Notes under the pieces: model-generated
Database searches by the model: none
What the model saw: only the letters and a program-made list of their open reading frames with translations
What the model was told of the DNA's origin: nothing
DNA from: Candidatus Woykebacteria bacterium RBG_13_40_15
Lineage (GTDB): Bacteria > Patescibacteriota > Microgenomatia > Woykebacterales > RBG-16-39-9b
NCBI GenBank assembly: GCA_001816655.1
Contig: MHCP01000030.1
Coordinates: 69,623 to 133,622, forward strand
DNA length: 64,000 nt
Direction: 5' to 3'
Shown here: positions 1 to 8,718 of the stretch, piece by piece
How positions within the stretch are numbered: position 1 is the stretch's first letter
Layout of the letters: every line of letters begins with the position of its first letter
Position numbers and translations under genes: made by a program

Positions 1-811
1 CAGGAACTGAAGTTTTGGTCTGATCTCTAACAACAATAAAACCTTTATTATCCAACTCTACTTGCCCTTTTAGGAAGCCTGTGGCTGGATTGTGTCCAAT
101 GGCAATAAACAAACCATCAATCCTTAAATCTTCTTCTTTCTGTGATTTTAAATTTCTTATCTTCACGCCTTCAACTTTACTCTCGCCTAAAATTTCTTCA
201 ACAACACTATCAAAAATAACTTTAATATTTTTGGTTTCGAAGACTCTATCTTGATTTTGGGCGAAAGCATCAAGCCCGCTACCTCTATGGATTAAAACAA
301 CCTCGCTTGCAATTTTAGATAGATAAGTCGCTTCCTTAGTAGCAGTATCCCCACCTCCAACTATTGCTACTTTTTTACCTTTAAAAAATGGGCCGTCGCA
401 AATGGAACAAGCGGAAACTCCTTGTCCAATAAGTCTCTGTTCGCTTTCCAAACCAAGCCAATTAGCGGCTGAGCCTGTCGCTACGATTAAACTTTTTGAT
501 TTGTATTCTTTTTCTTTTGTAAAAACTTTGAAGGGCCTTCCCGACAAATCGACTTTTATTGCTTCTTCACAAACTATTTTCGCTCCCAAGATCTCTGCTT
601 GTTTTTTAGTTTTCACCATCAATTCTGCGCCAGAAATACCTCCCGGAAACCCAGGAAAATCTTCCACCTTTGGGGCCATTGTAATTTGCCCACCAGGTTT
701 GCTGCCTTCAAAAACAATAAAATCCAGATCGCTTCTTGCAGCATAAATTGCTGCAGTTAAACCTGCCGGTCCGCCGCCGATAATAATGATATCAAAGGTT
801 TTGTTTTCCAT
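1..811 (-). CDS. trxB: Thioredoxin-disulfide reductase (3' end outside the window)
   Basis: Manual translation from ATG 811: MENKTFDIIIIGGGPAGLTAAIY, redox motif CSICDG, NADPH motif VGGGDTA, and FIAIGH. Confidence 0.93.
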   Translation of the reverse strand, partial: MENKTFDIIIIGGGPAGLTAAIYAARSDLDFIVFEGSKPGGQITMAPKVEDFPGFPGGISGAELMVKTKKQAEILGAKIVCEEAIKVDLSGRPFKVFTKEKEYKSKSLIVATGSAANWLGLESEQRLIGQGVSACSICDGPFFKGKKVAIVGGGDTATKEATYLSKIASEVVLIHRGSGLDAFAQNQDRVFETKNIKVIFDSVVEEILGESKVEGVKIRNLKSQKEEDLRIDGLFIAIGHNPATGFLKGQVELDNKGFIVVRDQTKTSVP

Positions 812-834
812 GAGAATAATAATACCACAAAAAC

Positions 835-1896
835 TTAAGCAAGCCTGGAAAGTTGTTCTTTAAAGAAATCTACATTTGGAATAGGCCCGGGGTTTGTATC
901 ATAAATGGCCGCTAGGTAGAAACTTACCCAAGAGGAAAAAATTATTGCCTCAAATGCACCGGTCTGTCGATCTTTCCCGGAAAGTTTGTAAGTAACATAT
1001 TCAAACCCTTTATTTGTTAAAAGATCTTTTGTTACCGCGTAGCGTTTATGAATTTTTTGGTCGTAATTATCAGTTTCCAAAAAAACAAATTTAATTACTT
1101 CTTTCAAGCTATCTGGAAACGAAATCCCTTCTAACAAATGGTGATTCGCTTCCGGTATTAGAAAATAATTTGAGAAAACTTTAGCATTTTCATTCAGATC
1201 GTTAGCAAAAATAGGGGCATTACCTGCTAAGAATTCTGAGGCAAAAATAACTGGGATTTTGCCGTTTAGCGCAGTTGCCAATGCTTTTGCGGCGTTTTTT
1301 TCTACAGGTATTTCTGGGCCAAGTTGCATTTTTTCAATTGAATTCAAGACTTTTTCTAAATCTTGGTCTGTAAAATTCAAAAACCCCAATTTTGCAAAGA
1401 CCCCCAAAGTAGCCCCAATAGAATAGCCCAACCCAAGTCTTGGTTTTCCTGATGGATTGTATTTTGAACCAAACTGGTAAAAAGGTAGGCTTTTCTGCTT
1501 TAGCTCTTCAACTAGCTTCCCTCCCGAGGATATCCCCAATATTTTTGCTTCCCTTTTCTGACCATCGGAAAAGGCCGACAGTGTTTCTTCCGTATCGCCA
1601 GAGTAACTAGAAACGACTAACAGGGTATTTCCTTTCACAAATGTCGGCAGGAAATAATCGTTTACAATTTGAAGTGGTAAGGAAAGATCGAAAACACTGC
1701 GAACAAAATGCGCACCTAAGCAGCTGCCGCCCATACCAGCAACTACAATATTTTTTACATTTCGATACTCTAGAGGAATTTCAACTAATCTTAGCTCTTG
1801 CCAAGCTGTTTTTAATTGATCTCCGAAAGATTTTATCGATTCTACCACATTATTGCTGTCGAGTTTTTTTATCTCTTCAACATCGTCTAGTGTCAT
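835..1896 (-). CDS. Bifunctional phosphoglucose/phosphomannose isomerase (SIS domain)
   Basis: GMGGS, SYSGDTEET, NENAK and PEANHH motifs. Confidence 0.88.
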   Translation of the reverse strand: MTLDDVEEIKKLDSNNVVESIKSFGDQLKTAWQELRLVEIPLEYRNVKNIVVAGMGGSCLGAHFVRSVFDLSLPLQIVNDYFLPTFVKGNTLLVVSSYSGDTEETLSAFSDGQKREAKILGISSGGKLVEELKQKSLPFYQFGSKYNPSGKPRLGLGYSIGATLGVFAKLGFLNFTDQDLEKVLNSIEKMQLGPEIPVEKNAAKALATALNGKIPVIFASEFLAGNAPIFANDLNENAKVFSNYFLIPEANHHLLEGISFPDSLKEVIKFVFLETDNYDQKIHKRYAVTKDLLTNKGFEYVTYKLSGKDRQTGAFEAIIFSSWVSFYLAAIYDTNPGPIPNVDFFKEQLSRLA

Positions 1897-1923
1897 AATT
1901 CACCCTTTTGTTGACTCTACCAT

Positions 1924-3186
1924 TTAAATCTTGCGGACGTCAAACCAACCCTCAAGCAAATGTTGAATAATTACCCCTTCCAGCTTATCAACGCTAAAGT
2001 AACTCATGAATATTTTGTTCCAAAGCGCTTCTCTAAAATGGTAATAATACCTATCTTTAAAATTCTTATTGTTCATAACGTTCATTATATTGTCCATAAA
2101 ATTGAAGTTAACCAAATCTTGCTCACCACTAGAATTTGGTAACCACAGGGCTAGATAATTTGTATGCTCCCAAATCTTAAAATCCAAATTTGGCTTCATT
2201 TTCCCAATCTTGAAAAAGGTGTGAGAGGCACCGCGGTGATAAAGAGCTTCTGGATTGACATGCGCTGTCCCAAGGCGAGGGTCCTCCGGACTATATTTAT
2301 ACAAATAACGCTGGATTATTAGCCATTTATTTGGATCATTATGCGATAAAGAAATATCAGGCACATCACAACGGAGAGCTGAGACCATTTTTTTACCAAA
2401 GAGAGGCTGTTCAATTTGGTGCTTAAAATATCCGGAATAAGTAAGTATTTCGTCAATGTAATGATTCGTCATCACAAACATATAAAGAGTGGCTGCTTCG
2501 GTAATGTTGTCTTTTGGAATTACGAATATTACCCCAAGCTCTTTCAGATGACTCATTGAGTGTAACTTTTCTTTAAGAAACCTTTCTGCAAGCTGCTCCC
2601 ATTTGCTTCTGTCCAAAACTCGTATCTCAATTGGTCTTTCCTCAAAATCATCCTTTGAAAGTCTTCTGTAGGCTGCTATATACGTGGCATTCATCCAGTC
2701 AGAAGGTTCTGCAAACCGAAGAGCTGCATAGATTTCAAAAAGATCCTCATTTTCCAACATTTTATCAACTGACGGATACCCCAAATTCTCCAGAATATTC
2801 TTTGGGGGGTTTTCGCGCATTAGCCTTTCAGCAACATTCCTCTTTATAAAAAAGCCCGTCCGATCTTGATGCAAGGCTAGAGCTGCAGACATTAAATTAT
2901 AACAACCTTTACTCTCTAAGTAACTAGGGTGGCCCAAGGCCTCAAACATCTGTTTATCCAGCTTTCGTACACACTCCTTAATCGTTGTGTAGAGCTCTTC
3001 TGCTTTTGGATAGGTAAGACCGAGCCCTGTTAATATTCTTCCAGCTTTTTCATGGTTTTCTTCGTAAAACCGCTCCAGAACCTGCTTTTTGTCAGTTATT
3101 TTCTCTAGCGCGTCAATGTTTCGTGAGAAAATATCGGGATCAATATTTAATTGAGTTGAAAAAAATTCAGCTACTGTACTTTTCAT
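1924..3186 (-). CDS. Hypothetical protein (420 aa) within the sugar-phosphate operon
   Basis: Long co-oriented ORF; no family motif recognised. Confidence 0.7.
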   Translation of the reverse strand: MKSTVAEFFSTQLNIDPDIFSRNIDALEKITDKKQVLERFYEENHEKAGRILTGLGLTYPKAEELYTTIKECVRKLDKQMFEALGHPSYLESKGCYNLMSAALALHQDRTGFFIKRNVAERLMRENPPKNILENLGYPSVDKMLENEDLFEIYAALRFAEPSDWMNATYIAAYRRLSKDDFEERPIEIRVLDRSKWEQLAERFLKEKLHSMSHLKELGVIFVIPKDNITEAATLYMFVMTNHYIDEILTYSGYFKHQIEQPLFGKKMVSALRCDVPDISLSHNDPNKWLIIQRYLYKYSPEDPRLGTAHVNPEALYHRGASHTFFKIGKMKPNLDFKIWEHTNYLALWLPNSSGEQDLVNFNFMDNIMNVMNNKNFKDRYYYHFREALWNKIFMSYFSVDKLEGVIIQHLLEGWFDVRKI

Positions 3187-3190
3187 TTCT

Positions 3191-3264
3191 CTAGCCCACT
3201 TCAGTGGTCGCAGTATTCGAGAGTACCAAAATCATTAAGCGATTAGCGAAAATTATTTTGTTAC
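3191..3264 (-). repeat. Dispersed ~75-bp hairpin element, family 1 (GTAAC...TACTCTC...TGCG-hairpin-CTA[A/G])
   Basis: Reverse complement aligns along its length with 37108-37177 and with parts of 4293-4401. Confidence 0.75.
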
Positions 3265-3272
3265 AAAGAATA

Positions 3273-4253
3273 CTATTTGACCTTTTGCTTACTAATTGGT
3301 AATTTTTCCCTGAACGGTCTTTCTCCCAAACGCAGTATCCCTTTCTTTGCTCCGAAGAAACTAACGACGGACGATGAGTTATCAATAGCAAGTTCTAGGG
3401 CACCTTCAATATTTTCGTATTTTATTAACCCAACAATAAAGCCGGATGCGAAAGCATCACCTGCCCCAGTGCGATCAACAGCGCTATTACTATGTGTGCC
3501 AATGTGATAAAAATAGTTGCCGTCACAAGCCGTAGCTCCATTTTCCCCGTCTGTAACCACTCCAATCCCGGCAGCTAAAAGACAAGTTCTGTGGGTCAAC
3601 TTTTCTTTATCATCGAATGAAATACCTGTGAGTTCGCTAGCCTCTTCTCTATTCATTATAACAACATCCGCTTTAGCAAAAATTGGCCTAAGAACCCGAA
3701 GACCACTTTCTAGTTCCCCACCTCCGGGAATCAAGGCAACCTTAGTTCCCTTTTCTTTTGCTTCTTTCACCAGAGAGTTCAAAAGCTTGATATTTCCACC
3801 AAGACTAGTAATAACAAGCCACTTTGAATCTAGGCTCTTTGGAAAATCTTCTTCGCAAAAGTCCCCACTTGCACCTCTGAAAACAAGGATAGTTCGCTCA
3901 CCATTTTTTACAACGAGAATAATCGAATAGCCAGTGTAGTTTTCTCTATCTTTAATAACAAATTCGGTACTGACACCATCTTTTTCTAATGACTCGGCCA
4001 CAGCCTTACCTCCGGGATCATCTCCAACTCGGCAAATGCAAGCTGTATTTAATTTTTGTCTTGCGAAAGTAACTGCGGTATTTGTCGCTCCTCCACCTGT
4101 TTCAAAAATAAGCTCCTCAACATTTAATTTACTGCCAAGAGGAAGAGGTAAATTAAAACCAGTTGGGGAAGAGCGGTCACGCTTAGGTTTAAACTCTTTT
4201 GATTTTAAGAAGACGTCTCTTGTTGCAGAACCTACAGTTATTACATCAAACAT
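3273..4253 (-). CDS. PfkB/ribokinase-family carbohydrate kinase
   Basis: GGGATNTA N-terminal signature and DRTGAGDAF C-terminal signature. Confidence 0.92.
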   Translation of the reverse strand: MFDVITVGSATRDVFLKSKEFKPKRDRSSPTGFNLPLPLGSKLNVEELIFETGGGATNTAVTFARQKLNTACICRVGDDPGGKAVAESLEKDGVSTEFVIKDRENYTGYSIILVVKNGERTILVFRGASGDFCEEDFPKSLDSKWLVITSLGGNIKLLNSLVKEAKEKGTKVALIPGGGELESGLRVLRPIFAKADVVIMNREEASELTGISFDDKEKLTHRTCLLAAGIGVVTDGENGATACDGNYFYHIGTHSNSAVDRTGAGDAFASGFIVGLIKYENIEGALELAIDNSSSVVSFFGAKKGILRLGERPFREKLPISKQKVK

Positions 4254-4292
4254 TGGACAGATAAACCTTTCAAAATAAGTATAGCATTCTCC

Positions 4293-4402
4293 GTAACCAA
4301 ATTCTTTCCCTAATCGTTCAAGTAGATCGCTTTGCGTTCTGCGACCATTTCATGGACTAAATTTGGGTACTCTCAAATGCTGCGACCACTTTGTGGACTA
4401 AA
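4293..4402 (+). repeat. Family 1 element with tandemly repeated core (TGCGACCA..TGGACTAAA at 4340 and 4381)
   Basis: Two cores 41 bp apart, preceded by GTAACCAAATTCTTTCCCTAATC. Confidence 0.75.
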
Positions 4403-4541
4403 ATAGATGTGCTCAATTTGTGAAGAAGAAACTAAAAAACTTTGTCCTCACTCAATCAAAATTAACCATTAGGATAGCGGATTTCTACCATTCAGACTTT
4501 CTTTTTTTGGTATAATATGAACATATAGACTCCGAAAGGCG

Positions 4542-5174
4542 GTGAAACTTATGAAAAGATCTGCCAGCTTTTTATTAGCGTTCTTACTTCTAGCTTTCCC
4601 ATCCACTGTTTTTGCTGTGAGCGAGCAAGATAGTCAAGTCCAAAATCAAACTCAAACTTCAACCCAAAACCAGGGTGATGACCAACAAATCCAGACCCAA
4701 ACACAGGAGCAGGAATCCCTAAAGGCTACCTCTAGCGCTAACCAAAACAAAAACCAAACTGCTCAGCAAAACATGGAAAGGGTTCAGGAACGCTTTCAAG
4801 CCCTTCTTCAAATCCAAACTTCAGGCAGTGTTGGTGACCAGGTAAGAGTACAGGCACGAGCACAAATCCAAACTCAGGAGCAAATTAGAGAACAGCTAAA
4901 TAAAGTTGAGGCTAGAAAAGGGTTAATTAAATTCTTAATTGGCCCTCATTATCCTGGCCTAGAAAACCTAAAAGAGCAGCTTGAGCAAAACCAGCTAAGA
5001 ATAATGCAGCTTTATCAACTGCATAGCCAGATCCAAAATCAAGGTGACAAAACGGCTATCCAGTCAGCGATAGAAGCTTTGATTCAGGAAAATACTAGCC
5101 TTCAAGATAAGATCAACGAACAGGATAAATCCTTTAGTTTGTTAGGTTGGTTGCTCAAATTATTCGTTCGCTAG
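4542..5174 (+). CDS. Secreted Gln-rich coiled-coil hypothetical protein (likely start 4551)
   Basis: Signal peptide (..PSTVFA), Q/T-rich; TGGTATAAT and SD-like AAGGCGGTGA upstream. Confidence 0.75.
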   Translation: MKLMKRSASFLLAFLLLAFPSTVFAVSEQDSQVQNQTQTSTQNQGDDQQIQTQTQEQESLKATSSANQNKNQTAQQNMERVQERFQALLQIQTSGSVGDQVRVQARAQIQTQEQIREQLNKVEARKGLIKFLIGPHYPGLENLKEQLEQNQLRIMQLYQLHSQIQNQGDKTAIQSAIEALIQENTSLQDKINEQDKSFSLLGWLLKLFVR

Positions 5175-5185
5175 AATCGGCTGTT

Positions 5186-5278
5186 TTATTCGACAACCTT
5201 ACCGGCGGAAACGAATATGTCGATCTTGTGTTCGAAAACTGACTGAATTGCGGAGATAACATCTGGCATTAGTTTTAG
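5186..5278 (-). pseudogene. Detached copy of the fba 3' end (distal): LKLMPDVISAIQSVFEHKIDIFVSAGKVVE*
   Basis: 19/27 aa identical to the fba C-terminus from the shared Met; has its own stop codon. Confidence 0.85.
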
Positions 5279-5295
5279 CCCACGAAGTGGTCGCA
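5273..5295 (-). repeat. Family 1 core TGCGACCACTTCGTGGGCTAAAA
   Basis: CCAC-TTC-GTGG mini-hairpin joining the two fba 3' copies. Confidence 0.8.
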
Positions 5296-5298
5296 AAC

Positions 5299-5394
5299 TT
5301 ATGCGGACTCAGTTTTTCCAGCCGACCCAAAAATTTCAATTTTGCGCTCTACAACGGCTTGGATCGATGTTATAACGGTCGGCATAAGTTTTAG
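5299..5394 (-). pseudogene. Detached copy of the fba 3' end (proximal): LKLMPTVITSIQAVVERKIEIFGSAGKTESA*
   Basis: 19/28 aa identical to the fba C-terminus, with many synonymous differences. Confidence 0.88.
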
Positions 5395-5410
5395 GAGCGG
5401 TAGCGACGCA
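5389..5410 (-). repeat. Family 1 core variant TGCGTCGCTACCGCTCCTAAAA
   Basis: Same TGCG...CTAAAA frame; matches the TGCGTCG..CTCCTAA variant near 37160. Confidence 0.7.
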
Positions 5411-5413
5411 AGA

Positions 5414-6286
5414 TTATGCGTAATTAGCCTTACCGACTGAGCCGAATATGTCTATTTTATGCTCAACAACCTCTTGAATCGCACTTATAACGGTTGGCAT
5501 AATTTTATAAACCGCGTATTCTTCCGGTTTTTCACTCAAAACTTTTTCCGTAGTGTCTCTAAAAGCTTGCCGCAGTTCCGTATTGATGTTAACTTTTACA
5601 ATTCCCCCAACTTTTATTGCTTCCTTCACCTGTTCATCGGAAATTCCGCTCCCCCCGTGCATTGATAGGAAAGTGCCTGGAAGAGCTGCTCTTATTTTTT
5701 TCAAAAGATCGAAATCAACCTGTTTTTCCTGCCCCTCAAAAATCCCATGATAGTTGCCAAAAAATGCAGCGAAAATGTCTATTCCTGTCTCCTCAACAAA
5801 TTCTTTTGCCTTCTCTGGGTTAGTTAAAGCTTTTTTTATCTCATCTTGCGACAATTTTCCGCTATGTACCCCCGAAGAGCCAGCGATATGATCTATTTCA
5901 CCTTCGACAGTAAGTCCCTTAGCGTGGACTTTTGGAACAACTTCTTTGGCAATTTTCAAATTTTCCTCGTAAGGCAACTTGGAACCATCAAAATGAACCA
6001 TATCAAAGCCAGCTTTAATTGCCTTTTCAATACCAGCCTTATCCGGGCAATGATCCAAATTTATAAGAATTGTTGCACCTTCCTCCCTCGCGTTGTCAAC
6101 AAGATCAACAATGTTATTTACACCAACAAACTTTTCTTCTCCAGAAGAAAATTCCATAATAACCGGTGCTTTTTTGTTTTTTGCGGCTGCCAAAACTCCC
6201 TTGAAAATTTCAAGATTATCAATATTAAAAGCCCCCAGGGCAAAACCTTCTGCTTCAGCTTTTGCTAACCATTTTTGAGCGTTCAT
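5414..6286 (-). CDS. fba: Class II fructose-bisphosphate aldolase
   Basis: GAFN, LDH, DGS, GNYHG, HGGSG and KVNINTE motifs. Confidence 0.93.
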   Translation of the reverse strand: MNAQKWLAKAEAEGFALGAFNIDNLEIFKGVLAAAKNKKAPVIMEFSSGEEKFVGVNNIVDLVDNAREEGATILINLDHCPDKAGIEKAIKAGFDMVHFDGSKLPYEENLKIAKEVVPKVHAKGLTVEGEIDHIAGSSGVHSGKLSQDEIKKALTNPEKAKEFVEETGIDIFAAFFGNYHGIFEGQEKQVDFDLLKKIRAALPGTFLSMHGGSGISDEQVKEAIKVGGIVKVNINTELRQAFRDTTEKVLSEKPEEYAVYKIMPTVISAIQEVVEHKIDIFGSVGKANYA

Positions 6287-7266
6287 GACGTGCCTTTTCT
6301 TTTTAAAACTGTCCTTACGGCCTCCTTAATATCTTTTACACCCATCCCATACTTGTCCAGTAACTCTCTCGGATGTCCAGACTCACCAAATGTATCTTTT
6401 ACCCCAATTCTTTCAATTGGAACAGGATAGCTCTCAGCTAAAACCTCGGCTACTGCTCCACCAAGACCACCATCTATTTGGTGTTCCTCCACTGTAACAA
6501 TTGCGCCTGTTTCTTTAGCCGCTTTTGCAATTCCAAGCTTGTCAATTGGTTTCACCGTATGGTTGTTGATAACTTGCACGCTAATTCCCTCTTTTTCTAG
6601 TTCTTTTGCAGCCAAAAGGCAGTAGTAAACCAATGGGCCACAAGCAATAATGGTTACATCTTTTCCTTCTCTGAAAATTTCCGCTTGGCCGAATTTAAAA
6701 GGTGTTGCCTCTGTTGTAATTACTGCAGTTTTTCCCCGGGCAAAGCGAAGATAAAGCGGGCCTTTGTGCTCTGCAACATAAACAGCTGCTTTTCTAGTCT
6801 CGATGTAATCACACGGAACAACCACAGCCATATTCGGCAAAACTCTCGCTATCGCAATATCTTCCAAAGCTTGATGAGTTGCTCCATCACCACCAACACT
6901 GATTCCAGCGTGAGAGCCAACTATTTTTACATTCGCTTTTGAATAACAAACGCTGACTCTAATTTGATCCCAGGTTCTTCCAGGAGCAAAAACTGCCAGA
7001 GACGAGGCGAAAGGAATTTTCCCGTTTAAAGCAAGCCCTGCTGCAATTCCAATCATGTTTTGCTCGGCAATACCACACTCAAAAAACCTCTCAGGAAATT
7101 TTTCCGCGAAAGAATCTACGCGGGTTGATTGCTTAAGGTCTGCGCTCAATGCAACAACATCCGGGTTTTTCCCAGCCTCAAGTAAACCTTCCCCATAACC
7201 ATCCCGCATCGAAATTTTCTCGATGTCGGAATCAAAAATTTTTGAATTTAGGACAGTTTCCCTCAT
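6283..7266 (-). CDS. tkt: Transketolase, C-terminal subunit
   Basis: GIAEQNM, GDGATHQ, TVEEH and DTFGESG motifs. Confidence 0.92.
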   Translation of the reverse strand: MRETVLNSKIFDSDIEKISMRDGYGEGLLEAGKNPDVVALSADLKQSTRVDSFAEKFPERFFECGIAEQNMIGIAAGLALNGKIPFASSLAVFAPGRTWDQIRVSVCYSKANVKIVGSHAGISVGGDGATHQALEDIAIARVLPNMAVVVPCDYIETRKAAVYVAEHKGPLYLRFARGKTAVITTEATPFKFGQAEIFREGKDVTIIACGPLVYYCLLAAKELEKEGISVQVINNHTVKPIDKLGIAKAAKETGAIVTVEEHQIDGGLGGAVAEVLAESYPVPIERIGVKDTFGESGHPRELLDKYGMGVKDIKEAVRTVLKRKGTS

Positions 7267-7820
7267 TTATTCGCCTTGGCCGCCACATTTAGGTACCTTC
7301 TAGTCACCAAAACCAATCCAATCAGTACAACAACTAATTCCAAAAAGAGCCACCTCTTATCAACCGCGGTCATTCCCCGGCCGGCACCATAAAGGATCGT
7401 GAAAATTCCACCAAAGACAAGCCCTGGCCCTACTGGTCCCATCGCCTCACTAAGAAACAATGCCCCACCAGCAAGCGCAACAAAACCAATTATTGTAATT
7501 GGAATAAAGACGTTGCGATTATACGTCTCATTTTCTTTCTGGAAATCCTTGTTGCATTTATCCATCTCGGCTTGTTGATCTTCAGTCGGTCCGTCCTTGC
7601 CAAAGTTTCTCTGCATAATTGATTCGCAGTTTTCGCTCATTTGTGGAGAAGGGTAAAAAGCCTCTATTCCAAGGCCGACCATCAACGGAAAAACTACTGC
7701 AATCGCCAACCCAAGTCCCATTTTGACAACTGTATTCATTATGTCCTCACCTCCTTTGCTAGCGCTAAAGACTGCAATAATAATTAGTACCAGAACCCCT
7801 ATACCTGCTAAGCCTATCAT
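7263..7820 (-). CDS. Multi-TM membrane protein between the transketolase subunit genes (possible start 7739)
   Basis: Four to five hydrophobic segments; SD AAGGAGGTGA precedes MNTVV. Confidence 0.7.
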   Translation of the reverse strand: MIGLAGIGVLVLIIIAVFSASKGGEDIMNTVVKMGLGLAIAVVFPLMVGLGIEAFYPSPQMSENCESIMQRNFGKDGPTEDQQAEMDKCNKDFQKENETYNRNVFIPITIIGFVALAGGALFLSEAMGPVGPGLVFGGIFTILYGAGRGMTAVDKRWLFLELVVVLIGLVLVTRRYLNVAAKANK

Positions 7821-7850
7821 TTTATTTTAGCCAACGCAAAAATTGTAAAG

Positions 7851-8705
7851 TCACTCATGTTCGCTCACAATTTTTCCTTTCAAAGTCCGTAATTCATGCA
7901 AAGCTTTTTTGGCTTGTTCGGGACTTGGAAATTTTCCATGCCAAGAAGGATCGGCTTCCATAAAATCAACCCCTTTTCCTGGAATCGTATGGGCAATTAT
8001 AACACTTGGCTTTTCTAAAATTGCCTGAGCTTGCCTACATGCATCAACAATTGCTCTAATATTGTGCCCATCAACCTCCAACACGTGCCAGCCAAATGAT
8101 TCATATTTTTCTTTTAATGGCTCGAGTGGCATAACGTCTTCTGTAAATCCATCGATTTGAATGTTGTTTCGATCAATGATGTTTGTTAAGTTGTGCAATT
8201 TATTTTTCCCCGCAAACATTACGGCTTCCCAAGTCTGACCCTCATCGTGCTCGCCGTCACTAGTTATGCAATAAACCCAATATTTTTTATTATCCAGGCG
8301 TCCTGCAAGAGTTATTCCAATTGCTTGAGACAATCCCTGACCAAGAGAGCCAGAAGTGTTTTCTACTCCAGGGAGAGATCCAAAATGAGGATGCCCTTGA
8401 AGACGGGAACCAATTCTCCGCAGAGTAAAAAGCTCTTCCATAGGAAAGTAACCACTGTGTGCTAAGGTTGCGTATAAAACTGGAGCAATGTGGCCGTTGG
8501 AAAGTACTAATCTATCACGGTCTTCAAAGTTTGGGTTTTTGGGATTGTGATCTAAAACAGAAAAATAGAGAGCGGTAAAAACATCTGCCATCCCCAAAGA
8601 ACCAGCAGAATGACCACTGCCTGCTTCAAGAAGCATTTTTATAATGTCTTCTCTTATTTCACAGGCTTTTTTCTCTAAAATTTTTAAGTGCTCCTCAGTT
8701 AACAT
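7851..8705 (-). CDS. tkt: Transketolase, N-terminal (TPP-binding) subunit
   Basis: GSGH, DRLVLSNGH, LQGHP, GSLGQG and SDGE..EG motifs; start at MLTEE avoids overlap with rpe. Confidence 0.92.
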   Translation of the reverse strand: MLTEEHLKILEKKACEIREDIIKMLLEAGSGHSAGSLGMADVFTALYFSVLDHNPKNPNFEDRDRLVLSNGHIAPVLYATLAHSGYFPMEELFTLRRIGSRLQGHPHFGSLPGVENTSGSLGQGLSQAIGITLAGRLDNKKYWVYCITSDGEHDEGQTWEAVMFAGKNKLHNLTNIIDRNNIQIDGFTEDVMPLEPLKEKYESFGWHVLEVDGHNIRAIVDACRQAQAILEKPSVIIAHTIPGKGVDFMEADPSWHGKFPSPEQAKKALHELRTLKGKIVSEHE

Positions 8706-8718
8706 AGTAGTGAAGATA

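Noticed and set aside
4340-5410. Short hairpin repeats as a CRISPR array
   Set aside because: Only two copies per cluster, divergent repeats, spacers of about 20 or 90 bp, and no cas operon in the window.
5186-5500. fba 3' copies as DGR template and variable repeats
   Set aside because: Differences are not confined to adenines (e.g. TTC/TTT, GGC/GGG) and no reverse transcriptase is present in the window.
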